A DNA stretch of 64,000 bases from the human T2T-CHM13v2.0 reference genome, Homo sapiens: NCBI RefSeq assembly GCF_009914755.1, contig NC_060945.1; one strand, given 5' to 3'. Within the stretch, counting starts at the first letter, position 1; each line of letters begins with the position of its first letter. A program made the translations under genes and the position numbers. Shown here piece after piece: positions 27,490-44,590 of this stretch. The notes beneath the pieces were generated by a model. The model was not told where the DNA came from and did not search any database. It saw nothing but the letters and a program-made list of their open reading frames with translations.

Positions 27490-28978
27490 ATAGTTCAGTG
27501 TAAGTAATGATCTTAAGTATGGTAAATTCATTGTATGATGAATCTGTATATTTTCACGAGGATCTGCTTATGCAGCTTCTGGTGATATGTAATGTTAGAA
27601 AATGCAAGGTGAATTTTGGACTTAGAAAATGCACCTATTGAATAAGAATACATTATTTTTTGCCTGGGATATTACTTAAAGTAGCATCATTTTATTTAAA
27701 TAAGAATACAGAACTCATGTTCTGGGAAGAACTAATATATTGTGCTAGATATGGACCTCTCTTCTTACTCTAAATAGTGTTGTCAGTTAAATTTTAAATA
27801 AGGAACAATGAGAAAAAAATAAATGTATAAAACAAAGGCTAACTAGGAATATTATCTAAATATATTTTAAATAAAATTTTGTGTGAAATGTCTTTTGAAT
27901 AGTTTGTTACAATTTTATGCACTGTGGAATAGTGTTAACATTATAATTTGACATCATCTAGCAGTTGGTAATACAAGGCTTTGTACAACTGGAAATCATG
28001 CAAAGGTTATCTTGTTCATCTGGGGAAATTAATATTGTCAATAGGATTTTATTAAATGTAGTTAATAAAATATTTAGTGGAACATTTCTTTTTTAAGGAA
28101 TTTTTAGTCAATACTGGCAGTCCTCAAAGATGTTGAATAATATATAATGGTACGTGCATCAATCTCCCAAACTTTTATTTGACTGTGTAACTGTGCTTCC
28201 AATAACATTTTCACGAATGTAAAAGCCTAAATATATTGTATAACAAAGAAATATATATAATTACACTAATTCCGATAGATTATTGGTAATCTGTTGGGGA
28301 TAGTCAGTAGGGATGAATTACTATGTTTATATTAACTTAATTTGACATTTTAAAACATCATTGCCAAATGTCAACATTCATATCTGAGGAAATGCTTTAA
28401 TTTTTGCTTACTCTGTGCCATAACTTTTGCCTCTATGTAAATTACCAATTTTTTTTGGTATTTTTAACAGTGGTATTAACTTATTAAATAAAAACCAGTT
28501 GAAAATATGTTTCTGGGTGAATATTTAAAATGGCAAAACGTATGTCCAAAAATATAAGCTGGTAATTTATTACCATTTTAGTTCACATTTTTCTAAATTG
28601 GCCAAGCAAAAACAATGATATTTAGTTTAACTGAATGTTTCAGGTATAACGTGATCAACGTTATTGATACTAAACTAAAAAACAGAGTGATATGTTTTAA
28701 ATTCTTTTGTGGAATTCATTAGATTTTTTTTGTTTCCTCTGTGATCCATATGTGCAAAAACGTAATCATGTGAGAATGAAAAGGAATAGACCATTTAAAT
28801 AAGTTTGAAATCCTCATCTAAATATGTCAAGGTGTGTTAACACTTATGAAAATCACAGCTAATATAGACATTTCTAACTGATCATTGGATAAATGGTGGG
28901 GTTTGTGATAGAGGCAGAGTTATCACCATTCAATAACCATATCTACAACCAATATCAGATAAGTTACTTTATTTCTAG

Positions 28979-29436
<458 letters not shown>

Positions 29437-29614
29437 TAATAGTGCTGTATGAAAATTGTATGCTTCTCAATTTTATGCATATATTTTATTCAAAAGGTTT
29501 TAACTTAAATTGTTTCCCAGTATGTATTGAACTTCTGTTATGGCCAAGATACTAGAAAAGATTCTGTATACAGAAAAGTGAATAATAGAAAGTGTGTATT
29601 TATATAAATAGCTA

Positions 29615-30200
29615 AGTGGCTTAATTTCCTATTGATATTGTAACAAATTGTCACAAAGCTTAAAAACCACACAAATATATTATTTTACACTTCTGTGGAT
29701 CAGAAATTTGAAATGAATCATACAGGGCTAAAATCTGGGTGTTAGCATCTGTTACTTCTCAAAGCTGAGGTGAAGAATCCTTTTCCTAATCTTTTCCAGG
29801 TTCTAGGAGTTTCCCGCATGCATTTGCTCATGGCCTCTTCTTCCATCTTCAAAGGCACCTGCTTAGCATCTTTAAATTCATCTCCCTATCTCTCCCTCTT
29901 TCTTGCTCTCACTCTTTTTTACTCTCACTCTTGCTTTTGCTTTCTCTTTCTCTCTGACTTCTGCTTCTGTGGTTACATAGCCTTCCCTGACTCCCACCCT
30001 CTTTTCCTTATAAGAACCCTTGTGACTACAATAGTGCCACTAGGATAATTCAGGATAATTTTCCCATTTCATCTCAAGATCCTGTACTTAATCACATCTG
30101 TAAAGTCTTTTTTTTTTTTCATATAATTCAACATATTCACAGGTTCCAGGGATTATAAAGGGAATACTTTGAGGGAAGAGGGATTGCTCTGTCTACCATT
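29615..30200 (-). mobile_element. MaLR solo LTR (MLT1C/D/E-like)
   Basis: 'ttcctattgatattgtaacaaattgtcacaa...cttaatcacatctgtaaagtc...catattcacaggttccagggatta...ctgtctacca'. Confidence 0.8.
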
Positions 30201-30439
30201 GTCAGTATATCTGCATTTTTATTACAGCTTGTATTTAATTATGTATGTGTACATACTGAATGGGAGAAAAAGCACCTCAGTATTCTAATTTCAGATTGTA
30301 GCACAGTCCCTACACACATTAAAATAACTTATTACTAAATTCCATAAGCCTTACTAAAGACTTTAAAGTAAAGTTCCTCATGCTCCAAAATAAACATAGA
30401 TCCTGGTTTTGTATTATCAGCATAGATAAATCTCACTTT

Positions 30440-30850
30440 ATTTTTATGAACACATTTTTATTATGGAATATAAAACCAAGAGAGACAAGAACATAAGCTT
30501 AAACTTGCAACATAATGAATATTTTTTAAAATGAATAACCACATAACCACTGCACAAGGCAAGAATAGAACCCAGCACTCTAGAATCCTTTGTGTGCCAC
30601 TTCCAGGGTAAAACCGTTAGACATAACCACTTTTCTATCTTCTGAGAATCATTTTCTTGATAACATTTATCACTTATACATAGATCCTTAAACAATATAA
30701 TCATACGTGTTTTTATAATATAAATCAATTCATTTTACCTATATTATGACAGTTATTTTCTTTGCTCAAATTATATTTTAAGATCCATCTATCTTTTTGT
30801 ATGTGACTTTGGATTATTTCAATTTTTATACAACATTCCATTGCTTTAAT
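30440..30850 (-). mobile_element. Old L1ME 3' fragment
   Basis: 'aaaatgaataaccacataaccactgcacaaggcaagaatagaacccagcactctagaatcc'. Confidence 0.55.
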
Positions 30851-31671
30851 TTATTATGCAATCATTTTAGTAACAGTAAGCTACAGTACAAACAAATAGT
30901 AAGATACAATGATAATACTAACAATGAAGAAAACATTCAGAATTGATTAGAATATGCTGTGGCAACAATCTCCAAACTCCTTGACTTGTCTCTCTACACA
31001 TACCTCACTAGTCTACTCAACATGGAGTTTACACTAACACTCGGAAGTAGCAGCCATATCTGGGATATTGACATGTTCTGTGGCAAAGGGAATGAGCACA
31101 TGGGCTGATCGTGTTCTGTCTTTTAAAGCTTCTGCCACAAACTGACACAGTTCACGTCCACTCCTAATTCATTAGCCACTGTAAGTCACATGCCCATATC
31201 TGATTTCAAGGAGGCAGAGGAGTACCAAATGGGAAAAGACCTGTAAATATATGGCAAATTGCACTGACCAGTTCAACAACTGTGGTATTAATTAGTCATC
31301 ACATATTCAATCCACTGTCCTTTTTGCCCACAAAAGGCACTCACCCTCCATGATGGAGTCAATCCAAAAAAGATCTCATAGAATTATTCTCAAAGTGCAA
31401 GATACCAGAATGATGTGCAGTATTTTCATCATCAGTGCATAATGCACAGTTGTTGCTGCCTCGACCCTGATCTGGAAACTCATGAAATTAAAAAGGTATT
31501 AACTTACCCACATCCCCATCCCTTACCCAACCAACTTTCACTGGAGGAATAGGAACAGGATACCCATAGAGAAAACAATCCATCAGAAAGGGGAGAAAGT
31601 TGAGATCTCACTGGTACATATTGATGCTGAAGTAACACTGGGTAGATGGTTGTGGATATTCCAAATCTTAA

Positions 31672-32083
<412 letters not shown>

Positions 32084-32424
32084 AGCACTGCTCTTCTATT
32101 TGCTTCTTAACTACCTCTGAAGAAGACAGTGGAGACCAGGAGTGTAGGCCTTCATGGGTTCTGGGTGGCTTTGTAGGATTGGTTTTTGTCTATAGGAGTT
32201 AAAGAGCCTAATGGTCCATTAAACTCTGAATATCTACAGACACTTTAGTCCTGGATAATGCTTTCTTTTACAAAATAAAGTGTCCTAAAACTGTCTATCA
32301 TTTTCATTAAAACTTTTTAATGTGCTAATAGAAAATGAGATATAGTCTTTAGATTTACCATATTTTTTGTTTTTTAATTTTTCATTTCACTTACTTCCAG
32401 TTGAATTATGGTTATATTGCAGCC

Positions 32425-33055
<631 letters not shown>

Positions 33056-34119
33056 GTTGTATTTCATTTTTGTGCCTTTAGTGAGAGAGCCACAAGTTAA
33101 GTCCCTTTTATCTTGTGGCATATTGCTCAGTAGAAAGGATTCGGTAGGTGCCAAATAATATTATTCGAGTTTTTGCTCTGAAACACCTCGATAGAACTGA
33201 AGTTACTTAACAGTGAATGTGACAGTCTTAGCATTTATTTTATCCCTGCTTCAAGTCTGAGTTCAATTGTTCTTGTCACTCGAAGCTCTTCTCAGTTTTA
33301 TATGCCGTTGGCCTTGATTAGCGGTTGCATCTTCTAACCATGACAGTCCTTGGAATGCTTGTACTCTCACTATCTCCACTATTTCCGTGTCCTAACTCAC
33401 TGTTTTCTGATCTGATCTGTTTCTTGTGACAGTTTGCCAAATTCAACTCCTAGGAACCAACCTGTGCTTTTTTCAACCTTTTCCACTGGGACTCCAAGTT
33501 CATTAAGTATATACATTTTTCTTCCAAGTTATTACAGGTGGCAATTGTACCTAATAGTTCAGAACATGTGTCATGGATTCCATGTTCCCAGCCCTTCCTA
33601 GGAGTTTCCTTGCCTTAAAGTCCACAGATCCTAAGTCAGTGTCCCATGTATTTAAAAAAAATTGTTATGACATCATTTGACTTCTAGTTACCAATTTCTG
33701 GTGTGATGGACCATGTTATCCTGCAGTTACAAACAATTTTGAAGGCTTAGTGACTTACAAGAATTGTTTATTTATCGCTCTGTTTATATATCCATCATGG
33801 GTTACCTGGGGCCTTTCTCTTTCTTTACATCTGGACCCAGACTATTTGAACAGACACTTATCTGCAACATTAGGGGTCACTCTGGTGAAGGAAAATAAAG
33901 GAAATGGAGACTCCTCACTATTCTTTACCATTTTCTTCTGATACAGTTTGCTACCATTTGCATGTAAATAGCTAGAGGAAGTCATATAGCCATAACTAAC
34001 TTTAAGGGTGAAGGGGAATACGATTCAGCCATGTATCCAGAAGGGAAAACAACCAGAAACACTGGTGAGCAACACTATAGAACACCACAAATGATAACAG
34101 CATTGAAAAATCTTTCTGA

Positions 34120-34488
<369 letters not shown>

Positions 34489-34734
34489 TAATTCTCTTTC
34501 TACAAAAGACGACATGCAATGAAATCCTTCCGGTTGCAGACACCATGCAAAGCAAAGGGAAAGTTAAACAACTGTTCCTCAAAAGAAATTTTGAATGTTA
34601 ATAGTAAATAATTGATTTTTTTTTTTTTGGTTTAAGGACAAAAAAGCTATAATTTTTAAGAATTGTTATTACTGCCAAGAGTTAATACTGGCGAGTGCCA
34701 CTTTATGACTTAGAGTTGCTTGGTTTCTGGTTAC

Positions 34735-34859
34735 AATTTTTAGTAGAGGCAGGTTTCACCATGTTGGCCAGGCTGTTCAGGGACTCCTGGCCTCAAGGAT
34801 CCACCCACCTCAGACTCCCAAAGTGCTGGGATTACAGGTGTGAGCCACTGCGCCCAGCC
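34735..34859 (-). mobile_element. Alu left-monomer fragment
   Basis: 'tttttagtagaggcaggtttcaccatgttggccagg...gagccactgcgcccagcc'. Confidence 0.9.
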
Positions 34860-35211
34860 ACAATTAATAAAGTTTGTTTGAACATATTATAAAATGTGTT
34901 TAACACATGGTGCCGATATTGTCAAAATTAAAAATTAGAAAAATACACTGCCATTATTATACTAAAATATGACTGCTTATGTCAGAATATCATACAAAGT
35001 TCTGTTACTTAAAAGAAATTATTTACAAATTAGAACTTTTCCAAGAAGTATGTATTTACATATTGTGGCATTTCACAATACAGCACACTTAAAAATAATT
35101 GATACTTAAACATGTTCCTATAAAGTATTCTAAATCAGGTGAGAGACTTCAATATGATTTATAAAAAATGTTGGCCGGGTGTAGCATTCAATATGATTTA
35201 TAAAAAATGTT

Positions 35212-35549
<338 letters not shown>

Positions 35550-36671
35550 TCACTTCATTTTTTTTTTCTGTGTTGTGATTCTTCTTTGTGTTCCTTGTAT
35601 GACTTTTGTCCTTTCCATAATGAGTGTAGGATATTAGCAGGAAGGTGACACTGGATTTGTGTTGATGGACTTGGGGAGAACCTTTGTAACGGTGTTTCAT
35701 TAGACTCAGTTCACCCCAGATACCAGCTTATTACCATCTCCTCTAGCATTTATATCTGAGGAACAGAGAAACTCATGTCTTTTGTCCTACCTTTTGTCCT
35801 ATTTCCAAGCTCTGATCAGGGCATATCAAAAAGCAATTTCTGGCTTGTGCTAGTTCCTTATCTTGGGAACAGCTGCAGTTCACATTCCCTAAGTGTGAGC
35901 AAGCACAGATGTCTTCACTGATTGTAAGGCTGAAGGTGGAAGAAAAACGTCCTTACTAGTATGCCTTGATCTGCCCCAGACGTTCCAATCTCTCCAGTTC
36001 ATTCTGCAAACCAGCATTGCAGTACTTTTTAAACCTTGGTGTGATAGTAAAAACAAGACAAAGCCAGGGGTTTCAGAGACAGATAGATGTGTTTGACCTG
36101 TCGTTTCTCCACATCATTTTCATTATCTGTAAATTGAAGATGATTACAGTAGTCGTAGTTCCCCAATCTTAAGCTACATCTCTAGTGTATTTATTTGCCT
36201 ACTACACAGTAGGAATCAATGATAACTGGAAGAGTTGACTGGTATTTCCCTCTCCATATTGTGAACTACATGAATATAAGGGATGCATCTTTTTTTAACA
36301 TTATTGCCATCCTCTCACATCTCCAGCAATATTGTAAACAGACAGCGACCCATATATACCTCCATTATGCTCTAACAGGTAACTGATTTTAGCAGTGACA
36401 TATTTATAATAAATAATTAGTGTATTTTGATTTGAAAAATAGACTTAATAATTAAAACTGAGTTTTATAGCTAAACATTCTGATACCAAAATAGATATAT
36501 ATATTTTTTGCTTCAATATACGACTGACACTTTCTTTGACACTGTGGAAGCCAACTTAGGTAAGGTAAGGTAAAATAACCCTTTAATGTAGTCATTGAAG
36601 TAATTTTTTGTCATACATATTCATCATTTTGTTCAGGTTATGGTATTTTAATGATAAATAATAGTTATATA

Positions 36672-37132
36672 ATGCAGTCAGGTGAATGGTGGTCACCCCA
36701 GAAGATATGGCCACATCTGGATTCCCTGAACCTGTGAATAAAAGTTTTCTTACTTTGAAAAAGGATCTTCGCTTATGTAATTTAACATCTTGATATGTAG
36801 AGAGAATCCCGGATTCTCTGGGTGGGCTCTAAATTCAGACAAGTGTCTTTATAAGAAAAAGGCAGAGGGGGATTTGAGACAGACAGAAGTGAAGGAGGCA
36901 GTGGAACTACAGAGACAGAGCTGGAGTGAGGCAGCCACAAATCAAGGCTTGGCGAAGGCCACCAGAAGCTGTAAGAGGCAAAGAACAGATTCACCCCTAA
37001 AGCTTCAGAGGGAATGTGTCCCTGCTAAAATTTGGACTTCCAGCCTGAAGAGCTGTGAGAAAATACATTTTTGTTGTTTTAAGCCATCAGGTTTGTGGTA
37101 ATTTAGTTTGAAATCTTCAGAAAATGAATACA
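36672..37132 (+). mobile_element. MaLR solo LTR (MLT1C-like)
   Basis: 'gaatggtggtcaccccagaagatatg...caccagaagctgtaagaggcaaagaacagattcaccc...ttgttttaagccatcaggtttgtggtaattt...aatgaataca'. Confidence 0.88.
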
Positions 37133-38779
37133 GATGTGTTAATGTCTCTAGTTCTTGGCATCTGTTTCTGAAGATTAAGCACGACTTTTCACAAACAACC
37201 TTGATGCATTTTGTTTTCTTTATAGAATACAAGGAGAAAATTAATATACAAACTAACCAGGAAAAACATCTAATTGTAACAGTCTATAGATATTTTATCT
37301 CGCTTTCTGTCTGTTCACATGTGATGTAGGATAAATATTCAGGTAGTTTTTTAATTCACATTTTTGGAATTTTTACATTCTAAGGGGAAGATTAAATTGT
37401 TTGAAAATATGTGTGCAGAAGTATATAAAATAAATATATAAAAATGGCTATGCATATGTACATACACATACTTATGTGAAAATATTTTAAACATCAATGT
37501 ATGAATATTTAGTTCTATGTGTGAAAAATACTTAATACCATTATTTATTAAACTCAATTCCTTAATTATTAAAATTTACTCCTTTATTAAAAATAAATCT
37601 AAAATATTCACAAGTTCATGTCTTACACATATTTGCCTTGTTGGAAATATTCTGGTAATTTCTATGATAAGAAAACATTCATCATGAACAATTGTATAAT
37701 TTGCTCACTAATGATGATGGTGTCTCCAAGAATTTAGGACATCAGATTGTCATGGTGGGTTCTAAGATTTATCCAGAGTTTCTGTTTCAAGAGTATTTTT
37801 TATGGCTAGAATAAGTTTTCAGGTTACTCTTTAGAAAGTGATTAAAATAAAATTAAGATCCATTTTTAAGTCATTACAATTGGTATCATGTTATTGCTTT
37901 GTATTAATTGTATACACCATAGAGTAATAAGTATAAGGAACAAGACAGCTTGAAAAATAAGTGACACTGGAAATTTAAACACAGTTTGGTGGGATATAAA
38001 GACAAATAATTGCATCCTTCTAGGCATTGAAGCTAAACATTTCTATTTTGGTAATGTTGGCTAGAGCATCTGAAAATGCACATCAGGGTCTCTGGGCAGA
38101 GCAAACACTTCCTGTAAGCCATACCTTCAATAAATAATTCTTGGTGAAAATAAAACCATTAGCAGAAATAATGATAATCTTTTCCTTTTGGGCTTTAATA
38201 AATCATCCTACCGATGCTAACAAATGAAGTATATTATAAAATATGAAATAAATATAAATCTTAAAAATCATCTGAGATTGCCATTTCTCCAGTCTAAGCC
38301 TCATCAGCTATTTCTCTTAGTAGGACCACCAGGGTCCAGAATCTCATACCCTGATTTACAGCTGTTATTTTATTCAGAAGTGCTCATGAAGAGCTTATTC
38401 TTTGGTTTTCTCTTCTGTCACTTTTGTTCAGACCACCATGAAGAAAGTCCTGGAAAATCACTTTATTTTTCAACAATTTAATATGTTACAATTCCTGAAT
38501 CTGCATGCTACTTTTCAAAAATGAACACTAGTGAAATTTGAGGAGTCAAATTAATTCATTGATAAAAATCTCTGAACATTGCTATGAGGCCAGAGTGTAG
38601 CAGTTACTCTAAGAAGGCTTACAGTGTGCAGAAACAACAGAGAAAAGGTAATTTCTTAAATTAACCCTGATTTAACATGTACCCTGCTGTGAAGGACTCT
38701 ATATTTTAAAAATGGGCTATTTATCTATGGTCCAGGAGGCAAAGACTCTCCATTCAGGAAGCAGTAGTATCCTAAACAA

Positions 38780-40080
38780 TACATACCTTCCCAGCATTGT
38801 ACATTTTTGTAACCTTGATTTTTCTATCATGATAAAATTAGAAGACATAACACTTCATAATTTCAAAACGTATAACACTTTTGTAAAAATGGTTTTCAAG
38901 TTTTTCGCTAGAAATTTTGTAAAGTTGCTACAGGTACGTGTAAACAAACTTGATATGATGAAACAACAAACTTCTCCTTATTTCCTTAGATTGTTCTTCT
39001 ATCAGGAGGCACATATTTGTTGTCTGGTGTCTCCTTTAATGATGTTAGCAGCTATTGATGATCTTTGCTAGATCCATTAATTCACTGGCAGTTGGAAATG
39101 GTTCTGTTTTAATGCCACAATTCTTTTCTCATTTATTAGCAGATATTTTTATAAAAAATCCTCTTATCAATGATATGGTTACCAGTGATACCAGAAAGGC
39201 AGAATAAATGTTGGATTTTTCCTATCAATTACTATATTCTAAAATAAAGTTTTGCATTCCTCACACCTTTATTAGTAATTAGTAGTTTTAATAAACATAA
39301 TTATTGACAGTTAGATATGAGAGCATATTTGATAGATTTCATTCCACTCAAGATGGTCTCATTCGTGCTCAAATTTTCTCCTCCTTTACTCATGGAAGGC
39401 TCTTAAATTTAGCAAAGTTCTTTTGACACTGCTCTGGTAGTCTTTTGGAGAGCCTCCACACTATCTGGCATGACAAGGTGTCCCAGGCCTAGGCTGTATA
39501 TCTACTGCCCTGGACCAGGAATCAGGCATTTGTCTGAAGTGAACTGATTAACTGATTACTTTTAGTGGGAAATTGTATCTGAACACCATAAATTGGGTTC
39601 AAGGTATGCTCATTAGTACTGTATTGATCTTTGCTTCCAGACATTTTAGAAAGCAGAGCCAGAAAAATAATAGATACATGAAAGATGATAGATAGAGATA
39701 AATGGATGAAATAAGTAGAAAGTTCATCTGAGTGTTTTAATTCAAATTCAGCCTTTAAGGGATTTTTGCATAATCGGTCATGTTACATCTTGATCTCCTT
39801 TCTTCTGGTTTATAACACTGGGAATAATTAAAGTAACATTTGCTTTATTCCATGATGCACATAAAGCATTCTCAGTTAGCAATAGCGAAAACAACTAATA
39901 TGAATACTATAAACATTTGTGACTTTTTTGGGTAGTTTTTCCTGTCCATAGAGTATATCTTGCTGTAAAAATACAGTCAAATTACTGTGACTGAAAGGCA
40001 CTTGGATAGTTTATGTTTGTGCACATGTGCATATTTAATAACTACAAATATATGTTTAACTTCACTTTTTAAATTATTTG
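38780..40080 (-). mobile_element. L1MC4-like fragments
   Basis: 'gatgttagcagctattgatgatctttgctagatccattaattca', 'ctatctggcatgacaaggtgtcccaggc...ggaatcaggcattt' are typical of the L1MC4 3' region. Confidence 0.65.
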
Positions 40081-40084
40081 ACCG

Positions 40085-40399
<315 letters not shown>

Positions 40400-40599
40400 T
40401 TGACCATTATTTTTATTGTAATTATGTAAAATGTTTTTTGTGGTTTCTGGGTCAAAAAGCAAAGTGCATATAATAAAGTTGTATATTAACACACATCTGT
40501 ATTATATGCACTTTTATTTTTTCCCTTATAGTACATGGTTATAAAAACCATAATTAAATGTAAAGTATTCCTCATTCATTCATTTTCAGAGCTATGATT

Positions 40600-41400
40600 T
40601 TTGTAGGTGTAGCGTATTTTATTAAACTGTATTTTTGTAGACAGCAATTTTGGTTGTTATTAGATTTCGAGGGATCTCCCTCTATCTTATAGAATGTCAC
40701 AATTATTAGCCCTGGTCATACATCTTTATAAAAATATTTTTGCCGTTGTCCATTTTTGTTATATTCAAAGAAGTTATACTGCTTGGTCGAAGGGTAATGA
40801 TTAAGTTATTTGGTCACACATACCAAGTTACTGTTCATCGGGATTTTAACATTTTTTTGTCTCACTGCAAAGGTGTGAAGGTTCCTATTTAGCCAACCCC
40901 TGCTTAGCAGACTATGTGGTTAGGCTTTTGGGTTTTTTTCCATTGGAAGATGTGAGAAAATGGTATTTTTGTTTCTTTATTATTTTCATTTCATTTTATA
41001 TGAAGTGTGTGTCAACGCATCTATTTTTATAGGGTTATTGAAAATTTTATCTATTTTAGGTGTTCTTTATTAAACATATTAACTCTGATTCTTCAGTTTT
41101 GATTTGTTTTAGCTTGACTGTTTACTTGTGGTGTCCTTTGCCCTGTGAATTTTTAATGTAATCAAATGTACCTAATTTCTCATTGCGTCTGGATTTTGAG
41201 TTACAGTTTTAAAAGGTTTTCCCTCTCCCACTTGTAGAAAAGTTGACCAGATTTTCCTCTGTGTATAGTTTTATACTTTCACATTTCAGTCTGGTCCTTT
41301 TGGAATTTACCCTGATGCACAATATGATGAATTCACCCAATTTTATCTTTTTAATATTGTATCTTTTTATTTAAGTATTTTTTTCCCTCACTGTTCTACT
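40600..41400 (-). mobile_element. Old L1ME fragment
   Basis: T-rich antisense L1-like sequence: 'tgtgagaaaatggtatttt', 'ttttaatgtaatcaaatgt', 'ttttatactttcacatttcagtctggtcc'. Confidence 0.5.
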
Positions 41401-41788
41401 ATGCTGTTTTTCTATTTTGGCGCCTTGGTTTTTCCATCTCTTCATGCACCAAAAACGCATTATTTAAAATATGTTTGGTGTCTTGTAGGCCTTTTCTCCT
41501 TTTTGCTCATTTTTTTTTCAGGAAGTTTTTTTTTTTTTTTTCCAGCAGTTATTTGTATTTATTTGTTTTTTAAGATAACTTTCTACTCATATTCTTGCAA
41601 TTCAGGGGAAATAAGAATTGTGATCATATTGGCATTGCTGTCAATCCTGAAATTAGTTAGTAGAAAACTCAATGTGTTATTTGTTTCACAACGTTTTTTG
41701 TCTATTTTCATACCTTTCATCTTTTAAAAAATCCCAAGTTAAATTGTGTATTATGTACCAACATCATACAATTAAAAATCAACCTTTT

Positions 41789-42083
<295 letters not shown>

Positions 42084-42099
42084 TCAACATTTCAAATTA

Positions 42100-42330
42100 C
42101 AAAACAAAATGATAAAATGGCATTCAAAATAACTTAAAAGATAATATCCTTGCCAAATTAGTTCAAGATTATACACTCCAAACCAAAATCATTGCTGAGA
42201 GAAAGCCAATGAAATTCAGATACATGGAGAGACACATGGTGATCATAGATCAGAAGAATCAACATATGTCAAGGTCTCAATTTCCTAAAATCGATCTACA
42301 CATTTCATTCAATCGAAATGTCTGTCTTTT
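42100..42330 (+). mobile_element. L1M ORF2 fragment
   Basis: 'tacatggagagacacatggtgatcatagatcagaagaatcaacata...aaaatcgatctacacatttcattcaatc'. Confidence 0.6.
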
Positions 42331-44590
42331 TTTTTCTTAAAGTTAATATTTCCATTCTTTTGACATCTTTGAATTCCCCTTGAAATACAAGAGAAATCCT
42401 CACCACTTTAAGTCAAACACCTCTGTTCCCAAATATCTGACACATCTTCCTTCATTTATTTCTTCTTTCTTCCACTTACATTCATAGATTTAACTACAGA
42501 CAAAGCAAGACTAGGAAATCTAGTCTTGCTAGATGCATCTTGTTTAATGAAATGCTTAAGAAATGGAATATAGGAAAATGTAGAGAAACAAAGGCATAAA
42601 AGCATGTCAACACTAGTACAACTGATCTTTGAAATGTCAGGGGTCGCCGTGTTGTGAAAAGCAAATTAATATAGGACGCTGAAAGAAATAATGATCATGA
42701 AGAATTTAAAAATGTTACTGGCACTGATATGAATATTCTTCAAGCAATATTACTTTATACTAAAATGAATCCCTAATAGAGATTCAAGTTGATATCCACT
42801 GCAGGTTGCTACATCAAAGCATTTTATTTTTTTGATTACTCCACCAAATTTTTCATGGTTTCTTACCATTTAAAAACAAGAAAACCTCTGACAATAATGA
42901 AACAACAATAGAGTGAAGGGTTTTGAAGCCCATGCTAATATGAATTACAAATTATTTTTATAATAGATTCATTCACTATAACAAGAAAAACAACAAAAAC
43001 AAAAATATTTTAAATTGTGCTTACTTGCTTTTGATTATGCATAATGTCCTTCACCGTCTTGAGCATTACTTAGATGTTTTAAAATTGAATAGCTAATTTG
43101 AAATTGAGTATAAACCAAGAACAACTTACTGCAATTTATGTGTCACCACAATGATGATAACAATCTTCATAAAAATTCTTTTGTCCATCAAAGTATGCAA
43201 TATGTCTTATAACAAATTAAATGTTGATCAAAACATTACAGATAAATAGGCATACTTTTTATATAATAAAACCTTTAGTTCCTTGTTGTTCTGCAAAATT
43301 TTTAAGTAGTCTATAAATCTGTATGTTACAAACAATAAAATGAAGCCAAAAAGAAGTGGGTAAGAGGATTATTGCAAAAGGAAGCTATGGATAGTATAGT
43401 ATAACCAACACAAGAGAAGGTATAAATTAAAGATGTATTCAGAAGAGATTTAGAATACCCAGTATGCATGGTACAATTCAGGACACTGAGTACAAAACGA
43501 TAAATAAATAAGATGATTATTTATAATCCATGGATTTAATAGTCTTATAGGGAAGATAGTAACTCAGGTAGAGTGTGATAGATTTAACAATACTACTGTA
43601 CTTAAGGAGCTTGGTAAAATATTGACGATTGTGATTTAATTTGCCCGAAGGAAGAAGAAAGGCCAGGAAGCCTTCACAGAAGAGCTGGCACATAGACAGC
43701 AAAAATGGCAATGTCTTTAAATAGCAGTTCTGCCTGGAAACTTTTGCAACAGAGAAACACGTTTTTTGACAGTTTTTACAAGTAACAATGGCTAAAGTGA
43801 GAATATGAATTTAATAATTTCTATCACAATATGCCATTGTAAAAATTTTAAAAGGTAAGATTTTAGAATATGTGATTATATAAAATACTTATAATATTGG
43901 TTACTGAGTAAAATATTTTAAAATATTATAGTTCATACAAATACACTTTAAGAAAATACACTATTTCCATTGGTGTTATCACAGCCTTACTTTTTATTTT
44001 ATATCCAGGGTTTTTTGTTTTGTTTTGTTTTTTCATGGATTATAAAATGTTATAGAGGGAAAATTGTCTTTCTGACATGAATTTTGATCTGATTCTTCTG
44101 ATCATATGTTTAGGTCTTCTACAGTGATACTTAAATAATCTATAGGGACTGAAATTACTTGGGTGTACTAGGCAGCATTTTCCAGAGAAACAGAACCAAT
44201 ATATACTCAATAGAATATATATGTGTATGTGTGTGTGTATATGTGATTATATAAAATACTTACAGGATATATATATATATATATATATATATGGATTATA
44301 TAAAATACGTGTATGTGTGTGTGTGTTTTTCCTTTACTCAGAGCCATTTAACGTATTAAAGAACAGCTTTAAAAAAAACTTAAATTCACAGTTTCTTAAC
44401 AGCAATACATTTAATACCTTCGCAAGATTTCAAGTGAAAAACATACATTATTCATGCTACGGGTTTTAAATTTTCCTTGGATAACACCAAAAACATGGTA
44501 CTCAAACTGCATGTTTTAACATGAGGAACATGAACTATCATTTTGACACAAAGACAGGTTAAACAAAATAAAGGCAATGTGGAACTACTC

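Noticed and set aside
38712-39071. 119-aa ORF
   Set aside because: Overlaps antisense L1MC sequence and shows no homology I can recognise.
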